Assembly: GCF_036577625.1 (NCBI RefSeq)
Contig: NZ_JARBDC010000005.1
Span: 234,782 to 258,781 of the forward strand
Length of the DNA: 24,000 nt
Direction of reading: 5' to 3'
DNA from: Paenibacillus sp. GYB003
Lineage (GTDB): Bacteria; Bacillota; Bacilli; Paenibacillales; NBRC-103111
Below the pieces are notes generated by a model. The model was not told the DNA's origin. It searched no databases and saw nothing but the letters and a program-made list of their open reading frames with translations. The first letter of the stretch is position 1. Each line of letters opens with the position of its first letter. Below, piece by piece: positions 1-8,186 of this stretch. The position numbers and the translations under genes are program-made.

Positions 1-131
1 TTGCCGGCGCCGCTGTAGCCGACGATGCCGAAAATTTCCCCTTGGCGGATATGCAGGTTCACGCGGTCGACGGCGACGACGCTTCCTTTTTTCGTATCGT
101 AACGTTTATATAAATCAACGAGTCGGATCAA
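1..131 (-). CDS. metN: Methionine-type ABC transporter ATP-binding protein, N-terminal fragment (gene continues beyond the left edge)
   Basis: Reverse-strand translation from TTG at 131 gives MIRLVDLYKRYDTKKGSVVAVDRVNLHIRQGEIFGIVGYSGAG. This runs into a Walker A loop in the GIxGYSGAGKS form typical of Firmicute MetN. GGAGGG Shine-Dalgarno (reverse of 138-143) lies 6 nt upstream. Too short to appear in the ORF track. Confidence 0.7.
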   Translation of the reverse strand, partial: MIRLVDLYKRYDTKKGSVVAVDRVNLHIRQGEIFGIVGYSGAG

Positions 132-204
132 CGGTGTCCCTCCAAACGAAATGCCGTAACGTCGTTTGTTGTTCGAATTCGTCGAAAATAGTCGAATAAA
201 ATAA

Positions 205-233
205 ATCATAGCGGTTTGGTCGGAATATGTCAA
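205..233 (-). promoter_or_regulatory. Sigma-A type promoter upstream of metN
   Basis: Reverse strand reads TTGACA (233-228), a 17 nt spacer, then TATGAT (210-205). This sits about 70 nt upstream of the TTG start at 131. Confidence 0.55.
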
Positions 234-273
234 AGGCAGTATTTTCCTTCGCGCGTTTCGGCCGCGACAATGC

Positions 274-304
274 GCAGCCCCCGGAACCGGATTCCGAGGG
301 CTGC
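274..304 (-). terminator. GC-rich hairpin just downstream of the ABC ATPase gene (possible terminator, no U-tract)
   Basis: GCAGCCCCCGGAA (274-286) pairs with TTCCGAGGGCTGC (292-304): 13 bp with one mismatch and a 5 nt loop. It starts 10 nt after the stop at 314. No T-run follows on either strand, so terminator function is uncertain. Confidence 0.35.
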
Positions 305-313
305 GTCGACGCT

Positions 314-1036
314 CTATAAAACCTGATCCAGAAAGCGGGCGGCGCGCTCGCTTTCCGGCCGGGCGAAAAACCGTTCCGGAGTCGCCCGCTCGACGAGCGT
401 CCCTTGATCGAGGAAATAAATCGTATTCGCCGCTTCTCTCGCGAATTTCATCTCATGGGTGACGATCAGCATCGTCATGCCGCTGTCCGCGAGTCCGCGA
501 ATCACGCTTAGCACTTCTTTGACCATTTCCGGATCGAGCGCCGACGTCGGCTCGTCGAACAGCATAACGTCCGGCTCCATCGCCAGGCTGCGCGCTATGG
601 CGACGCGCTGCTTCTGCCCGCCCGACAGCCGGGACGGGTAGCTGTCCGCTTTATCCGCGAGCCCGACCTGCGCGAGCAGCTCGCGCGCCTTGACCCGGGC
701 GGCTTCCACGGACATCTTCTTCACCTCGACGGGCGCGAACGTAATGTTGTCGAGCACGGTCATGTGCGGAAACAGGTGAAAATGCTGAAACACCATGCCG
801 ATCCGCCCGCGAATGCGAGCGACTTCGGTTTTCGGATTCGTCAGCTCGATCCCGTCGATGGCGATCGTTCCCGACGTCGGCGTTTCCAGCAGGTTGAGGC
901 AGCGCAGAAACGTCGACTTGCCGGAGCCGGAAGGGCCGATCAAGGCGACGACCTCCCCTTTTTCGACCCGGGTCGTAATGCCGCGAAGCACCTGCTGTTT
1001 GCCGTACGATTTCGTCAAGTCCGTTACGTCAATCAC
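314..1036 (-). CDS. Polar amino-acid ABC transporter ATP-binding protein (GlnQ/ArtP-like)
   Basis: 240 aa. Walker A GPSGSGKST, Q-loop, ABC signature LSGGQKQRVAIARSL, Walker B MLFDEPTSALD, H-loop VTHEM. The GTG start overlaps the upstream permease stop by 8 nt, suggesting translational coupling. Confidence 0.95.
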   Translation of the reverse strand: MIDVTDLTKSYGKQQVLRGITTRVEKGEVVALIGPSGSGKSTFLRCLNLLETPTSGTIAIDGIELTNPKTEVARIRGRIGMVFQHFHLFPHMTVLDNITFAPVEVKKMSVEAARVKARELLAQVGLADKADSYPSRLSGGQKQRVAIARSLAMEPDVMLFDEPTSALDPEMVKEVLSVIRGLADSGMTMLIVTHEMKFAREAANTIYFLDQGTLVERATPERFFARPESERAARFLDQVL

Positions 1037-2519
1037 TGCGGCGCAGCCTCCTTTCCAGCATGCGGGCCAACGATGTCAGCACGAGCACGAGCACGTAATA
1101 GATCGCGGCGACGAGCAGCAGCGCTTCGAAGGCGCGGAAGGTGCTCGCCCGCACGACGTCGGCGCGGCGCATCAATTCGGTTACGCCGATGACGGAGACG
1201 AGCGAAGACTCCTTGAGCAGCGCCACGAACTCGTTCACCAGCGCCGGCAAAATATGGCGAAGCGCCTGCGGAAATATGATGCGCGTCATCATTTTCCGGT
1301 ACGGGACGCCGAGGGCGATGGCGGCTTCGCGCTGCCCTTTGTCGACCGCCATAATGCCGCCGCGAATCGTCTCCGACAAATAAGCCGCCGAATTGAGGCC
1401 GAACGCCAGCCCGGCCGCCAGCAGGGCGGGAATATCGTAGCCGAGCAGCTGCGGCGTCGCATAGTAGATCAAGGTCAGCTGCACGAGCAGCGGCGTTCCG
1501 CGAAATACGGACGTATAGGCGGTGGCGAACCACTGCAGCGGCTTGACGCCGGATATTTTGAACAGGGAAAGGATCGCTCCCCAGCATAGTCCGAGCAGGG
1601 CGGAGACGAGCGTGAACAGCAGCGTTACATAGACGCCCTTGAGGATATAAGGCACGTATCCGTTCAATACGCGGAAATCGATATTCAAACCGGCCGGACG
1701 TTCGGTCGGGGCCGCATCTTTCTGATCGAACCATTTCGCGACGATTTGCTGCAGCCGGCCGTCTTCTTTCATCTGGCCGAGCACTCGGTTGAATTCGTCG
1801 ACCAGTTCGCTCTGCTTCGGAAACGCGATCGCGTAGCCGTTATCCTTCTCCGCGGCGGGCAGGTAGCTTAAAGCCAGGCCGGGGTTCGCGCGAACCATTT
1901 CGATCGCGACCGCATCCTCGACGATCGCGGCGTCCATCCGCCCGGAGTTCAGCTCTTGAACGAGGTCCGATATTTTATTGAGCTTCTTCAGCTTCGCGCC
2001 CTCGAGCGTCTCCGCGAACTGCTCCTGAACCGAGCCGAGCTGCGCCCCGACCAGCTTGCCGGACAGCTGCCCCGCCGTTTCATAAGCCGCCTCCTTGCGG
2101 GAGACGATCGTATTGCGGGCGGTATAGTAGCCGTCGGAAAACGTTACGCTCTGCCTGCGTTCTTCGGTTGCCGACATGCCGGACATGACAAAATCGACCC
2201 GTCCCGATTGGAGGGCGGCGATCAGTCCGTTAAAGTCCATGCTTGCGATCTCCAGCTCGTAACCGAGCTCGGCCGTTATCGTCTTGGCGATATCGATATC
2301 CATCCCGACGATGTCGCCGCTTCCTTTCGCATCCACGCTTTCGTACGGAGGATAGTCCGGCGAAGTGCCCATCACGAGCTTCTTGGCCGCCTTGGCCGGC
2401 TCGTTCGCCGCCTGGACGGCTTCGGTTCGCATAAACGGCGCGGCCGGTCCGAACAGCAGCAGGAGAAGCGCGAAGACCAGGAGCGGGACGAACGCCATGT
2501 TCATGTTCCTGTTCATCAT
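1029..2519 (-). CDS. Fused amino-acid ABC transporter substrate-binding domain + permease
   Basis: Start moved to ATG at 2519 (MMNRNMNMAFVPLLVFALLLLLF, a signal/anchor-like N-terminus) with AAGAGGA upstream. The N-terminal half resembles a type-3 solute-binding protein (LVMGTSPDYPPYES...GMDIDIAK...DFVMSGMSATEERR). The C-terminal half is a His/Glu/Gln/Arg-type permease (FRGTPLLVQL, EAAxALG). Confidence 0.9.
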   Translation of the reverse strand: MMNRNMNMAFVPLLVFALLLLLFGPAAPFMRTEAVQAANEPAKAAKKLVMGTSPDYPPYESVDAKGSGDIVGMDIDIAKTITAELGYELEIASMDFNGLIAALQSGRVDFVMSGMSATEERRQSVTFSDGYYTARNTIVSRKEAAYETAGQLSGKLVGAQLGSVQEQFAETLEGAKLKKLNKISDLVQELNSGRMDAAIVEDAVAIEMVRANPGLALSYLPAAEKDNGYAIAFPKQSELVDEFNRVLGQMKEDGRLQQIVAKWFDQKDAAPTERPAGLNIDFRVLNGYVPYILKGVYVTLLFTLVSALLGLCWGAILSLFKISGVKPLQWFATAYTSVFRGTPLLVQLTLIYYATPQLLGYDIPALLAAGLAFGLNSAAYLSETIRGGIMAVDKGQREAAIALGVPYRKMMTRIIFPQALRHILPALVNEFVALLKESSLVSVIGVTELMRRADVVRASTFRAFEALLLVAAIYYVLVLVLTSLARMLERRLRRSD

Positions 2520-2566
2520 GATGTCCTCTTTCTCTGAGCTGTGAAGTTCAAATGAACATAAGTCCC

Positions 2567-2595
2567 AGTATAAGCGAATCGCGGCGGGATGTGAA
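2567..2595 (-). promoter_or_regulatory. Candidate sigma-A promoter of the amino-acid ABC operon
   Basis: Reverse strand reads TTCACA (2595-2590), a 17 nt spacer, then TATACT (2572-2567), about 48 nt upstream of the ATG at 2519. Confidence 0.4.
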
Positions 2596-2622
2596 CAAAA
2601 GGAGCGCCGTACGGGCGCTCCA
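2596..2622 (-). terminator. Rho-independent terminator after the APH-like gene
   Basis: GGAGCGCC (2601-2608) pairs with GGCGCTCC (2614-2621). On the reverse strand the stem is followed by TTTTGTTC. Confidence 0.6.
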
Positions 2623-2662
2623 AATGTTTCCACGGTCTGCTGTTCGACCTGCCTTACTATCG

Positions 2663-3586
2663 CTACCCGGCGTTCAAAATGGCTTCCGCGAATGCGACAT
2701 CCCGCACGAGCTTCGGGTATTCCCCCGGGGCCGGTCCGTCTTCGGCGCTCCAACATACGCCCATCGCCGTTTCCACGAACACGCACTGCCTCAATATCGA
2801 ATCCGGGATTTGCAGATGATTCTCCAATATGGCGATAACTTTGTTGATTTTTTCGTATAACTCCGGAGTGATTTCATCTTCGAACTCATTCAATATGAAC
2901 CGCGGAACGTCGAACACGGGATCGCCGATGACGCCTTTGGGATCGATAATGACATACTCCCCGCCGGCGCCCAGCAAAATGTTGTCATGGTGAAAATCGC
3001 CGTGAAGCAGCATCCGCCGCGAATATTCGGCCGAAACCGACAAGCAGATGTCGTGCGCTTTCTTCATATACGCATACAGTTCCCGGCAATCGGTCCGCTT
3101 GCTCATGTGATCCGTAATGCTGCCGACCCAACCGGCGTAGGTCGGGTAAAGCTCGGCATCGGCGGGCGGCTCGTGCAGGCCGTTGTAGAGGGAGCTGAAT
3201 ACGGCCATTCGTTTTTCCAGAGAAGTCTCGTCCCTTAGCGGCCGGCCCGGCTGCACCCGCTCTTCGAGGATTACGCCGTTTGCAAGGTCCGCGTCGAACA
3301 GTTTGCAAAATCGTCTGCCGTTATATTGACGCAGCGTATAGAATTCCGTGGAAGCGCCTCCGGAGGAAGAACCGCCGATTTTAAGCACCGCGTCTCCGAA
3401 CCGGTCGGAACGGCACGTTAAGACCAGGTTGGCGGAATAAGAAGGAATAAGCTGAAACGAAGTCAATGCCCATTTGTCGGCATACGTTTCGATGTCCCTC
3501 GACGCTTTTTCGTAAAAAGCTTGGCCGAAGCGGCCCGTAATGCCGTCGATTTCATCTTGCTTGAAGCGGTATCGCTTGTCCGTCAC
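2663..3586 (-). CDS. Aminoglycoside phosphotransferase family protein, APH(6)/streptomycin-6-kinase-like
   Basis: Kinase catalytic loop LLHGDFHHDNILL and metal-binding VIIDPKGVIGDP; overall resemblance to the APH(6)/hydroxyurea kinase family. I prefer the GTG at 3586, which has GGAGG 8 nt upstream. The ORF-track ATG at 3601 lies inside that Shine-Dalgarno and remains an alternative. Confidence 0.85.
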   Translation of the reverse strand: MTDKRYRFKQDEIDGITGRFGQAFYEKASRDIETYADKWALTSFQLIPSYSANLVLTCRSDRFGDAVLKIGGSSSGGASTEFYTLRQYNGRRFCKLFDADLANGVILEERVQPGRPLRDETSLEKRMAVFSSLYNGLHEPPADAELYPTYAGWVGSITDHMSKRTDCRELYAYMKKAHDICLSVSAEYSRRMLLHGDFHHDNILLGAGGEYVIIDPKGVIGDPVFDVPRFILNEFEDEITPELYEKINKVIAILENHLQIPDSILRQCVFVETAMGVCWSAEDGPAPGEYPKLVRDVAFAEAILNAG

Positions 3587-3677
3587 GGTTACGACCTCCA
3601 TTCCCCGAACGCGTCGGGAACGGCTTTTTACTGCTATTGTACTCGATACCCGGTATGTAACAACGGATTGTTTTACT

Positions 3678-3710
3678 TTAAAAGAAAAGGACGCCCGCGA
3701 GAGCGCCCTT
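3678..3710 (-). terminator. Rho-independent terminator after aguB
   Basis: On the reverse strand AAGGGCGC and GCGTCCTT (3710-3703 and 3694-3687) form 8 bp with one G-U pair, followed by TTCTTTTAA. Confidence 0.5.
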
Positions 3711-3726
3711 GCCGATCGTTTCGCTG

Positions 3727-4602
3727 TTACAGCTTCAAATCGCCGTCGTACGTAGCGATCGCTTTATACAGCTCCGGCCGGCGGTCGCGGAAAATGCCCC
3801 ATTCGATCCGCTGCGTCTCCAGCTGATCGAGATCGAATTCGGCGACGAGCACCGCCTGCTCCGTCCGGCCCGCCTCCGCGACCATGTTCCCTTGCGGCCC
3901 GGCGATGAACGACGAGCCGTAAAAGTGGATCGTCGAGTCTTCGTCCCGCTCTTCCCCGATCCGGTTCGAAGCGACGACCGGCATCAAGTTTTGCGCGGCA
4001 TGTCCCCGCATGCACATTTGCCAATGATCCTTCGAGTCGATCGAGCTGTCCTGCGGCTCCGAGCCGATCGCCGTCGGGTAAAACAGCAGCTCCGCGCCCA
4101 TCAGCGCCATGCAGCGGGCCGCTTCCGGGTACCATTGATCCCAGCAAACGCCTACCCCGATTTTTGCATAGCGGGTTTTCCAAACCTTGAAGCCCGTATC
4201 GCCGGGATTGAAGTAAAACTTCTCCTCGTAGCCCGGACCGTCGGGAATGTGGCTTTTGCGGTATTTGCCCAGCACTTCTCCGTCCGCGTCGATGACGGCG
4301 AGCGAGTTGTAGCGGGCGTAATTTTTTTTCTCGTAGAAGCTGATCGGCAGAACGACGTTCAGCTCTTTCGCGACCGCGCGGAAATGGTTGACCGCCTTGT
4401 TATGCTCCATCTCCGTCGCGTACACGTAGTAGTCCGACTTTTCTTTCTGGCAAAAGTACGGCGTTTCGAACAGCTCCTGCAGCAAAATGATTTGCGCGCC
4501 TTCCGCGGCGGCTTGTCTGACGAGCGCGTCCGCCTTGCTTATATTTTCGTCGATATTGTCCGAGCAGCTCATCTGCGTTGCGGCCACTTTGACGTTTCTC
4601 AT
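3727..4602 (-). CDS. aguB: N-carbamoylputrescine amidase (CN-hydrolase/nitrilase superfamily)
   Basis: 291 aa. Nitrilase-fold E-K-C triad context (LLQELF..., YRKSHIP, GVGVCWDQWYPE). It lies immediately downstream of agmatine deiminase with a 24 nt gap and its own AGAGGAG ribosome-binding site. Confidence 0.92.
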   Translation of the reverse strand: MRNVKVAATQMSCSDNIDENISKADALVRQAAAEGAQIILLQELFETPYFCQKEKSDYYVYATEMEHNKAVNHFRAVAKELNVVLPISFYEKKNYARYNSLAVIDADGEVLGKYRKSHIPDGPGYEEKFYFNPGDTGFKVWKTRYAKIGVGVCWDQWYPEAARCMALMGAELLFYPTAIGSEPQDSSIDSKDHWQMCMRGHAAQNLMPVVASNRIGEERDEDSTIHFYGSSFIAGPQGNMVAEAGRTEQAVLVAEFDLDQLETQRIEWGIFRDRRPELYKAIATYDGDLKL

Positions 4603-4626
4603 CGCTATCGCTCCTCTCTTGTTTGC

Positions 4627-5655
4627 TTATCCGCGCGCCGGCATTTGCTGGGTCGTGCAGTGGACGTTGCCGCCCTCGCGAATGATCGCCATCCCGTCGA
4701 CGGTGCGGATGCGCCGCTCCGGATACAGCGCCTGCAGCGTTTGCTCCGCGAGCCGGTCCGTACGGGCCGCCGCTCCGCCGAATACCGGCAGGATGATGCC
4801 CCCGTTGACGAAATAAAAGTTCAAATAGCTGAGCGTAAGCCGGCTGTCTTCGTATGTCGCCATGGGCGGCTGCTCGATCGGAACGACTTCCAGCTTGCGG
4901 CCTTTGGCGTCGGTCGCCTCCGCGAGAACCCGCAAGTTTTCCTGCGTGATCGCGTAGTTGTCGTCCTCCGGATCGCTGCATACCTGCATAAGCACTTTGC
5001 CGGGAGCGGCGAAGCAGGCGATGTTGTCGACGTGGCCGTCCGTTTCGTCCCCGCTGAGCCCCCGCTTTAGCCAAATGACTTTGCTTACGTTCAAGTACCG
5101 TTTCAGCGCGTCTTCGATCTGCTCCCGCGTCATGTCCGGGTTGCGGTTCGGGTTGAGCAGGCATTCCTCCGTCGTCAGCAGCGTCCCTTCCCCGTCGACG
5201 TGGAGCGAGCCGCCTTCCATGACGAGCGGCGCGTCGAACCGCTCGACGCCGTAATGCTCGAGCACTTTGGGGGCGACCGCGTCGTCCAAATCCCACGGCG
5301 CGTATTTGCCGCCCCACGCGTTAAACCGCCAGTTGATGCCGGCCACGCCGCCGCCTTCGCGCACGACGAACGTCGGCCCGTTATCGCGGAACCACGCGTC
5401 GTTATGCGGAATCGTCAGCACGTCGACGCTCGTCCCGGCGAAACGGCCGCGAATGCGCTCCGCATCGTCCGGATTGGCGATGACGGTAACCGGCTCGAAC
5501 TCGGCGATCGCTTCGGCGATTTGCGCATAGCCTTCGGCTACCCGCTCGTAGTGGTCCGGATAAACCATCGACTGCCGGACCGGCCAGGACAGAAACGTGC
5601 GCTCGTGCTTGGCCCATTCGGCCGGCATCGAGTATTGCATATCGGTAGGGTACAT
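4627..5655 (-). CDS. aguA: Agmatine deiminase
   Basis: Start moved to ATG at 5655 (MYPTDMQYSMPAEWAKHERTFLSWP) with AAGGGAG 10 nt upstream. Characteristic MPAEW, DAWxRDxGP and C-terminal GGNVHCxTQQ (catalytic Cys) motifs of the agmatine deiminase/PAD family. Confidence 0.92.
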   Translation of the reverse strand: MYPTDMQYSMPAEWAKHERTFLSWPVRQSMVYPDHYERVAEGYAQIAEAIAEFEPVTVIANPDDAERIRGRFAGTSVDVLTIPHNDAWFRDNGPTFVVREGGGVAGINWRFNAWGGKYAPWDLDDAVAPKVLEHYGVERFDAPLVMEGGSLHVDGEGTLLTTEECLLNPNRNPDMTREQIEDALKRYLNVSKVIWLKRGLSGDETDGHVDNIACFAAPGKVLMQVCSDPEDDNYAITQENLRVLAEATDAKGRKLEVVPIEQPPMATYEDSRLTLSYLNFYFVNGGIILPVFGGAAARTDRLAEQTLQALYPERRIRTVDGMAIIREGGNVHCTTQQMPARG

Positions 5656-5701
5656 GAAGCTATATCTCCCTTTATCGTATGTTGAAGGACAATCTTTAAA
5701 C

Positions 5702-5730
5702 ATCATATACGAAATCGGTCTCGACCTCAA
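5702..5730 (-). promoter_or_regulatory. Candidate sigma-A promoter of aguA-aguB
   Basis: Reverse strand reads TTGAGG (5730-5725), a 17 nt spacer, then TATGAT (5707-5702), about 47 nt upstream of the aguA start. Confidence 0.35.
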
Positions 5731-5763
5731 CGCAAGAAACCTGCCAATCCGTCGGGCGGGACG

Positions 5764-5786
5764 GCAAAAAGCCGCCCTGCGCGGCG
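5764..5786 (-). terminator. Short intrinsic terminator after the M16 peptidase gene
   Basis: On the reverse strand GCCGC-GCAGG-GCGGC (5785-5771) is followed by TTTTTGCC. The stem is only 5 bp. Confidence 0.4.
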
Positions 5787-5847
5787 CATGGCGGAAGGAC
5801 CCCGCCGGCTGCCGGCATGAGCGGCTTCCCGTTGCGGCCGATCAGCC

Positions 5848-7128
5848 TCAACCGGCCGCTTGACTCTCGCTTCCGCTTTCGCCGCCGGTTCCTCCCGCCC
5901 CCGCGTCGGCCTCGCGGCTCACCTGCACATACAGCATCCGGCTCGGGTCCAAATAGGCGTTGGCGAAATCGAGCACCGCTTCGCTCGTCACGGCGCGAAT
6001 GCGCTCCGCGAAATAGCGCGGATCGGTATTCAGGTCGTATAAATAGCGGGCGGCCATGTTGGCGTTGATCGCCTCCGGTTTGTCCTGCGCGATCAAATGC
6101 CGGCCGGTAATCGCCTGCTGCGCGCGCGTCAGCTCCTCGTCCGGCAGCCGCTCCTTCCGCAGCCGCTCCAGCTCGCCGGTAATGATCGACTTCGCTTCCG
6201 CGAGCCGGAGCGGATCGGTCGCCACGTAGCCGGTGATAAATCCTTCGCTGACCATCGGGCTCATCGTGGCCCACACTTCGTACGCAAGCCCTTTGTCGCC
6301 GCGCACGCTTCGCCAAAGCCGGGACGCCTGCCCGCCTCCGAGCGCATGCATCGCCACATAGCCGGCGTATTTCGCGTCGTCGTACGCATCCGGGCCGTAC
6401 ATGCCCCAATACAGCTGCGCCTGGCGAATGTCTCTCGCCTCGTGGATCAGCTGCCCGCCCAGCTCGTAGGGCCGCAGCTTCCCTAACCGGTATGCGGGTC
6501 CGGAGCCGGCCGGGATGTCCAGCTCGTTCAAGGCGGCTACGAGCTCGTCATGGCGAACGTGCCCCGTCGCCGCCAGCACGATGTTGCCCGCGCCGTAAAA
6601 CTCCCGGTGAAACCGGAGCAGATCGTCGCGCGTAATGCCGGACACGCTCTCCTCCGTGCCGAGGTTGCTCGCCCTCTCCGGATGCATCGCCCGGAGCGTC
6701 CGGGTCAGCGTCCGTCCGCCGAATTCCCGCGGATTGTCGCGGGCGCGATGAATTTCCTCGATAACGACCTTTTTCTCGAGCTCCAGCTCCCGTTCCGGAA
6801 ACGTCGAATGAAACACCATATCGGTCAACAGCGAAATGCCGTCCTTCATCCGGTCGTAAGGCATATACGCGTAATAGCGGGTCCGGTCCGTGCTCGTCCC
6901 GGCGCCGAGATGTCCGCCGTAATGTTCGATATCGTACGAAATTTGCTCCTTCGTTCTCGTCCCCGTCCCTTTGAACATCATATGCTCCAACAGGTGAGCG
7001 ATGCCGTAAGGATAATGCTCCTCGTAATGCCCGCCGGCTCGCACCCAATAACAGAGCAGCGTCGACGACGCCTGCTCGCGATGCTCGCTAACGACCGTTA
7101 GCCCGTTCGCCAAAACCGTTTTGTGCAT
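5848..7128 (-). CDS. M16 family zinc metallopeptidase (pitrilysin/insulinase-like)
   Basis: Start moved to ATG at 7128 (MHKTVLANGLTVV) with AAGGAGG upstream. Inverted zinc motif HLLEHMMFKGT (HxxEH) and the downstream E of the M16 family. The C-terminus is a low-complexity Gly/Ser/Ala tail. Confidence 0.9.
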   Translation of the reverse strand: MHKTVLANGLTVVSEHREQASSTLLCYWVRAGGHYEEHYPYGIAHLLEHMMFKGTGTRTKEQISYDIEHYGGHLGAGTSTDRTRYYAYMPYDRMKDGISLLTDMVFHSTFPERELELEKKVVIEEIHRARDNPREFGGRTLTRTLRAMHPERASNLGTEESVSGITRDDLLRFHREFYGAGNIVLAATGHVRHDELVAALNELDIPAGSGPAYRLGKLRPYELGGQLIHEARDIRQAQLYWGMYGPDAYDDAKYAGYVAMHALGGGQASRLWRSVRGDKGLAYEVWATMSPMVSEGFITGYVATDPLRLAEAKSIITGELERLRKERLPDEELTRAQQAITGRHLIAQDKPEAINANMAARYLYDLNTDPRYFAERIRAVTSEAVLDFANAYLDPSRMLYVQVSREADAGAGGTGGESGSESQAAG

Positions 7129-7261
7129 GCCGCTTCCTCCTTGGCTTCTCCGCAAATCGCCCGCTGCCCGCACGGACCGTAGCTCAGGCTCTATACAGGA
7201 AATTCGCCCAAGGCCGGAAACATTCCTTTATTTTTTCGAAACGCTTGCCGAAAGGGCCGAA

Positions 7262-7308
7262 CGCCAAAAAGGCGAAAAACGGACGATCCCTTTCGGAAAT
7301 CGCCCGTC
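7262..7308 (-). terminator. Rho-independent terminator after the FMN reductase gene
   Basis: On the reverse strand ACGGGCGAT (7307-7299) pairs with ATCGTCCGT (7287-7279): 9 bp with one G-U pair. It is followed by TTTTCGCCTTTTTGG. Confidence 0.6.
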
Positions 7309-7334
7309 TCCGCCTTCGAATCTCGCCCGATCGA

Positions 7335-7880
7335 TTAGCGAGCTTGCTTGCTCATCCAAGCGAGGAAGTTGTCGACGACGCCGTCCAAAAATTTGACGGT
7401 AGGCTCGTGGATGAGATTGCCGGCCGCGTCGATTTTTTCGTGAACGGCGCCCACGTACACTTCGTTGCTCGGCAAAAGCGGGGAGTTGATCCCCGGCGAG
7501 AACAAGATTTCGCGCAAATGCAGCTGCGCCTTTACGGTGCCGAGGTTGCCCATCGAAGCGCCCATAATCCAGGACGGCTTGCCGTTCATCACCTTGTCGA
7601 CGCGGGACAGCCAATCGATGGCGTTGCCGAGAACGCCCGGAATCGTGCCGTTGTATTCGGGAGTCACCCACAGAACGGCGTCGGCTTCGGCCACCTTGCG
7701 TTTGAACGCCTTCACTTCGTCCGACGGTTCGTTTTCGATATCTTGATCGTACATCGGCAAGCCGCGCAAGCTCAAAATGTCCAGCTCGAACTTGTCCTTG
7801 TACCGGTTTTGTACGTATTTCGCCAGCTTGTAGTTGTAAGATTCTTTACGGATGCTGCCTACGATTGCAACGACTTTCAT
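7335..7880 (-). CDS. NADPH-dependent FMN reductase family oxidoreductase (ChrR/YieF-like)
   Basis: 181 aa. MKVVAIVGSIRKESYN (flavodoxin-like phosphate loop) and VTPEYNGTIPGVLGNAIDW are typical of the FMN_red family. GGAGGG ribosome-binding site upstream. Confidence 0.9.
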   Translation of the reverse strand: MKVVAIVGSIRKESYNYKLAKYVQNRYKDKFELDILSLRGLPMYDQDIENEPSDEVKAFKRKVAEADAVLWVTPEYNGTIPGVLGNAIDWLSRVDKVMNGKPSWIMGASMGNLGTVKAQLHLREILFSPGINSPLLPSNEVYVGAVHEKIDAAGNLIHEPTVKFLDGVVDNFLAWMSKQAR

Positions 7881-8051
7881 GATCAGTTTCCCTCCGATTG
7901 GTTTGATTTATATAGAATTCCGGCCGGTTGAAAAAAGGCGGCCGGACGTTGCCCGCTTCGCTCCCGCGCCCGGCATCCTTCGCCTTCGCCTTCCGTAAAC
8001 TGGAACGGCATAAAACGAATCCCAATTTTATAGAGACTGTATTTAAAATAT

Positions 8052-8068
8052 TAACTATATTTTAGTTA
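8052..8068. promoter_or_regulatory. Operator-like palindrome in the AT-rich divergent intergenic region
   Basis: TAACTA (8052-8057), TATTT, TAGTTA (8063-8068): perfect 6 bp inverted arms. It lies in the AT-rich stretch between the FMN reductase gene (start 7880, reverse) and the methyltransferase gene (start 8187, forward). Confidence 0.3.
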
Positions 8069-8186
8069 GCAGCATCCGAAAAGTCAACTTTTTGCCGCTT
8101 CCGTTTTTTTCATGCCGGCAGGCAGGCTTTCCTTGTCCGATATCGAATCGTTATAGTATTCGCATCAAGATCGGAGGTTTGCGCCC

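Noticed and set aside
132-270. Possible S-box (SAM) riboswitch or T-box upstream of metN
   Set aside because: The promoter at 205-233 leaves only about 70 nt of leader, too short for either element. I could not find the conserved S-box helices or a T-box sequence.
1029-2786. N-terminally extended versions of several track ORFs (starts at 2786, 5730, 7173, 9833, 12476, 17106, 20477, 22226 and 19945)
   Set aside because: In each case an internal ATG or GTG is preceded at 5-10 nt by a GGAGG-type Shine-Dalgarno and begins the recognisable protein. The upstream extension is low-complexity and crosses terminators or promoters.
3709-5070. 453-aa forward ORF across the agu region
   Set aside because: It is antisense to aguB and aguA, which have unmistakable enzyme motifs. 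The composition is Arg/Leu/Val-rich with no family resemblance and no ribosome-binding site.
7919-7946. Hairpin TCCGGCCG-N12-CGGCCGGA just upstream of the FMN reductase start
   Set aside because: There is no U-tract on either strand and no gene ends here. It is probably a 5' UTR structure or a coincidence of GC-rich sequence, with no evidence to call a function.
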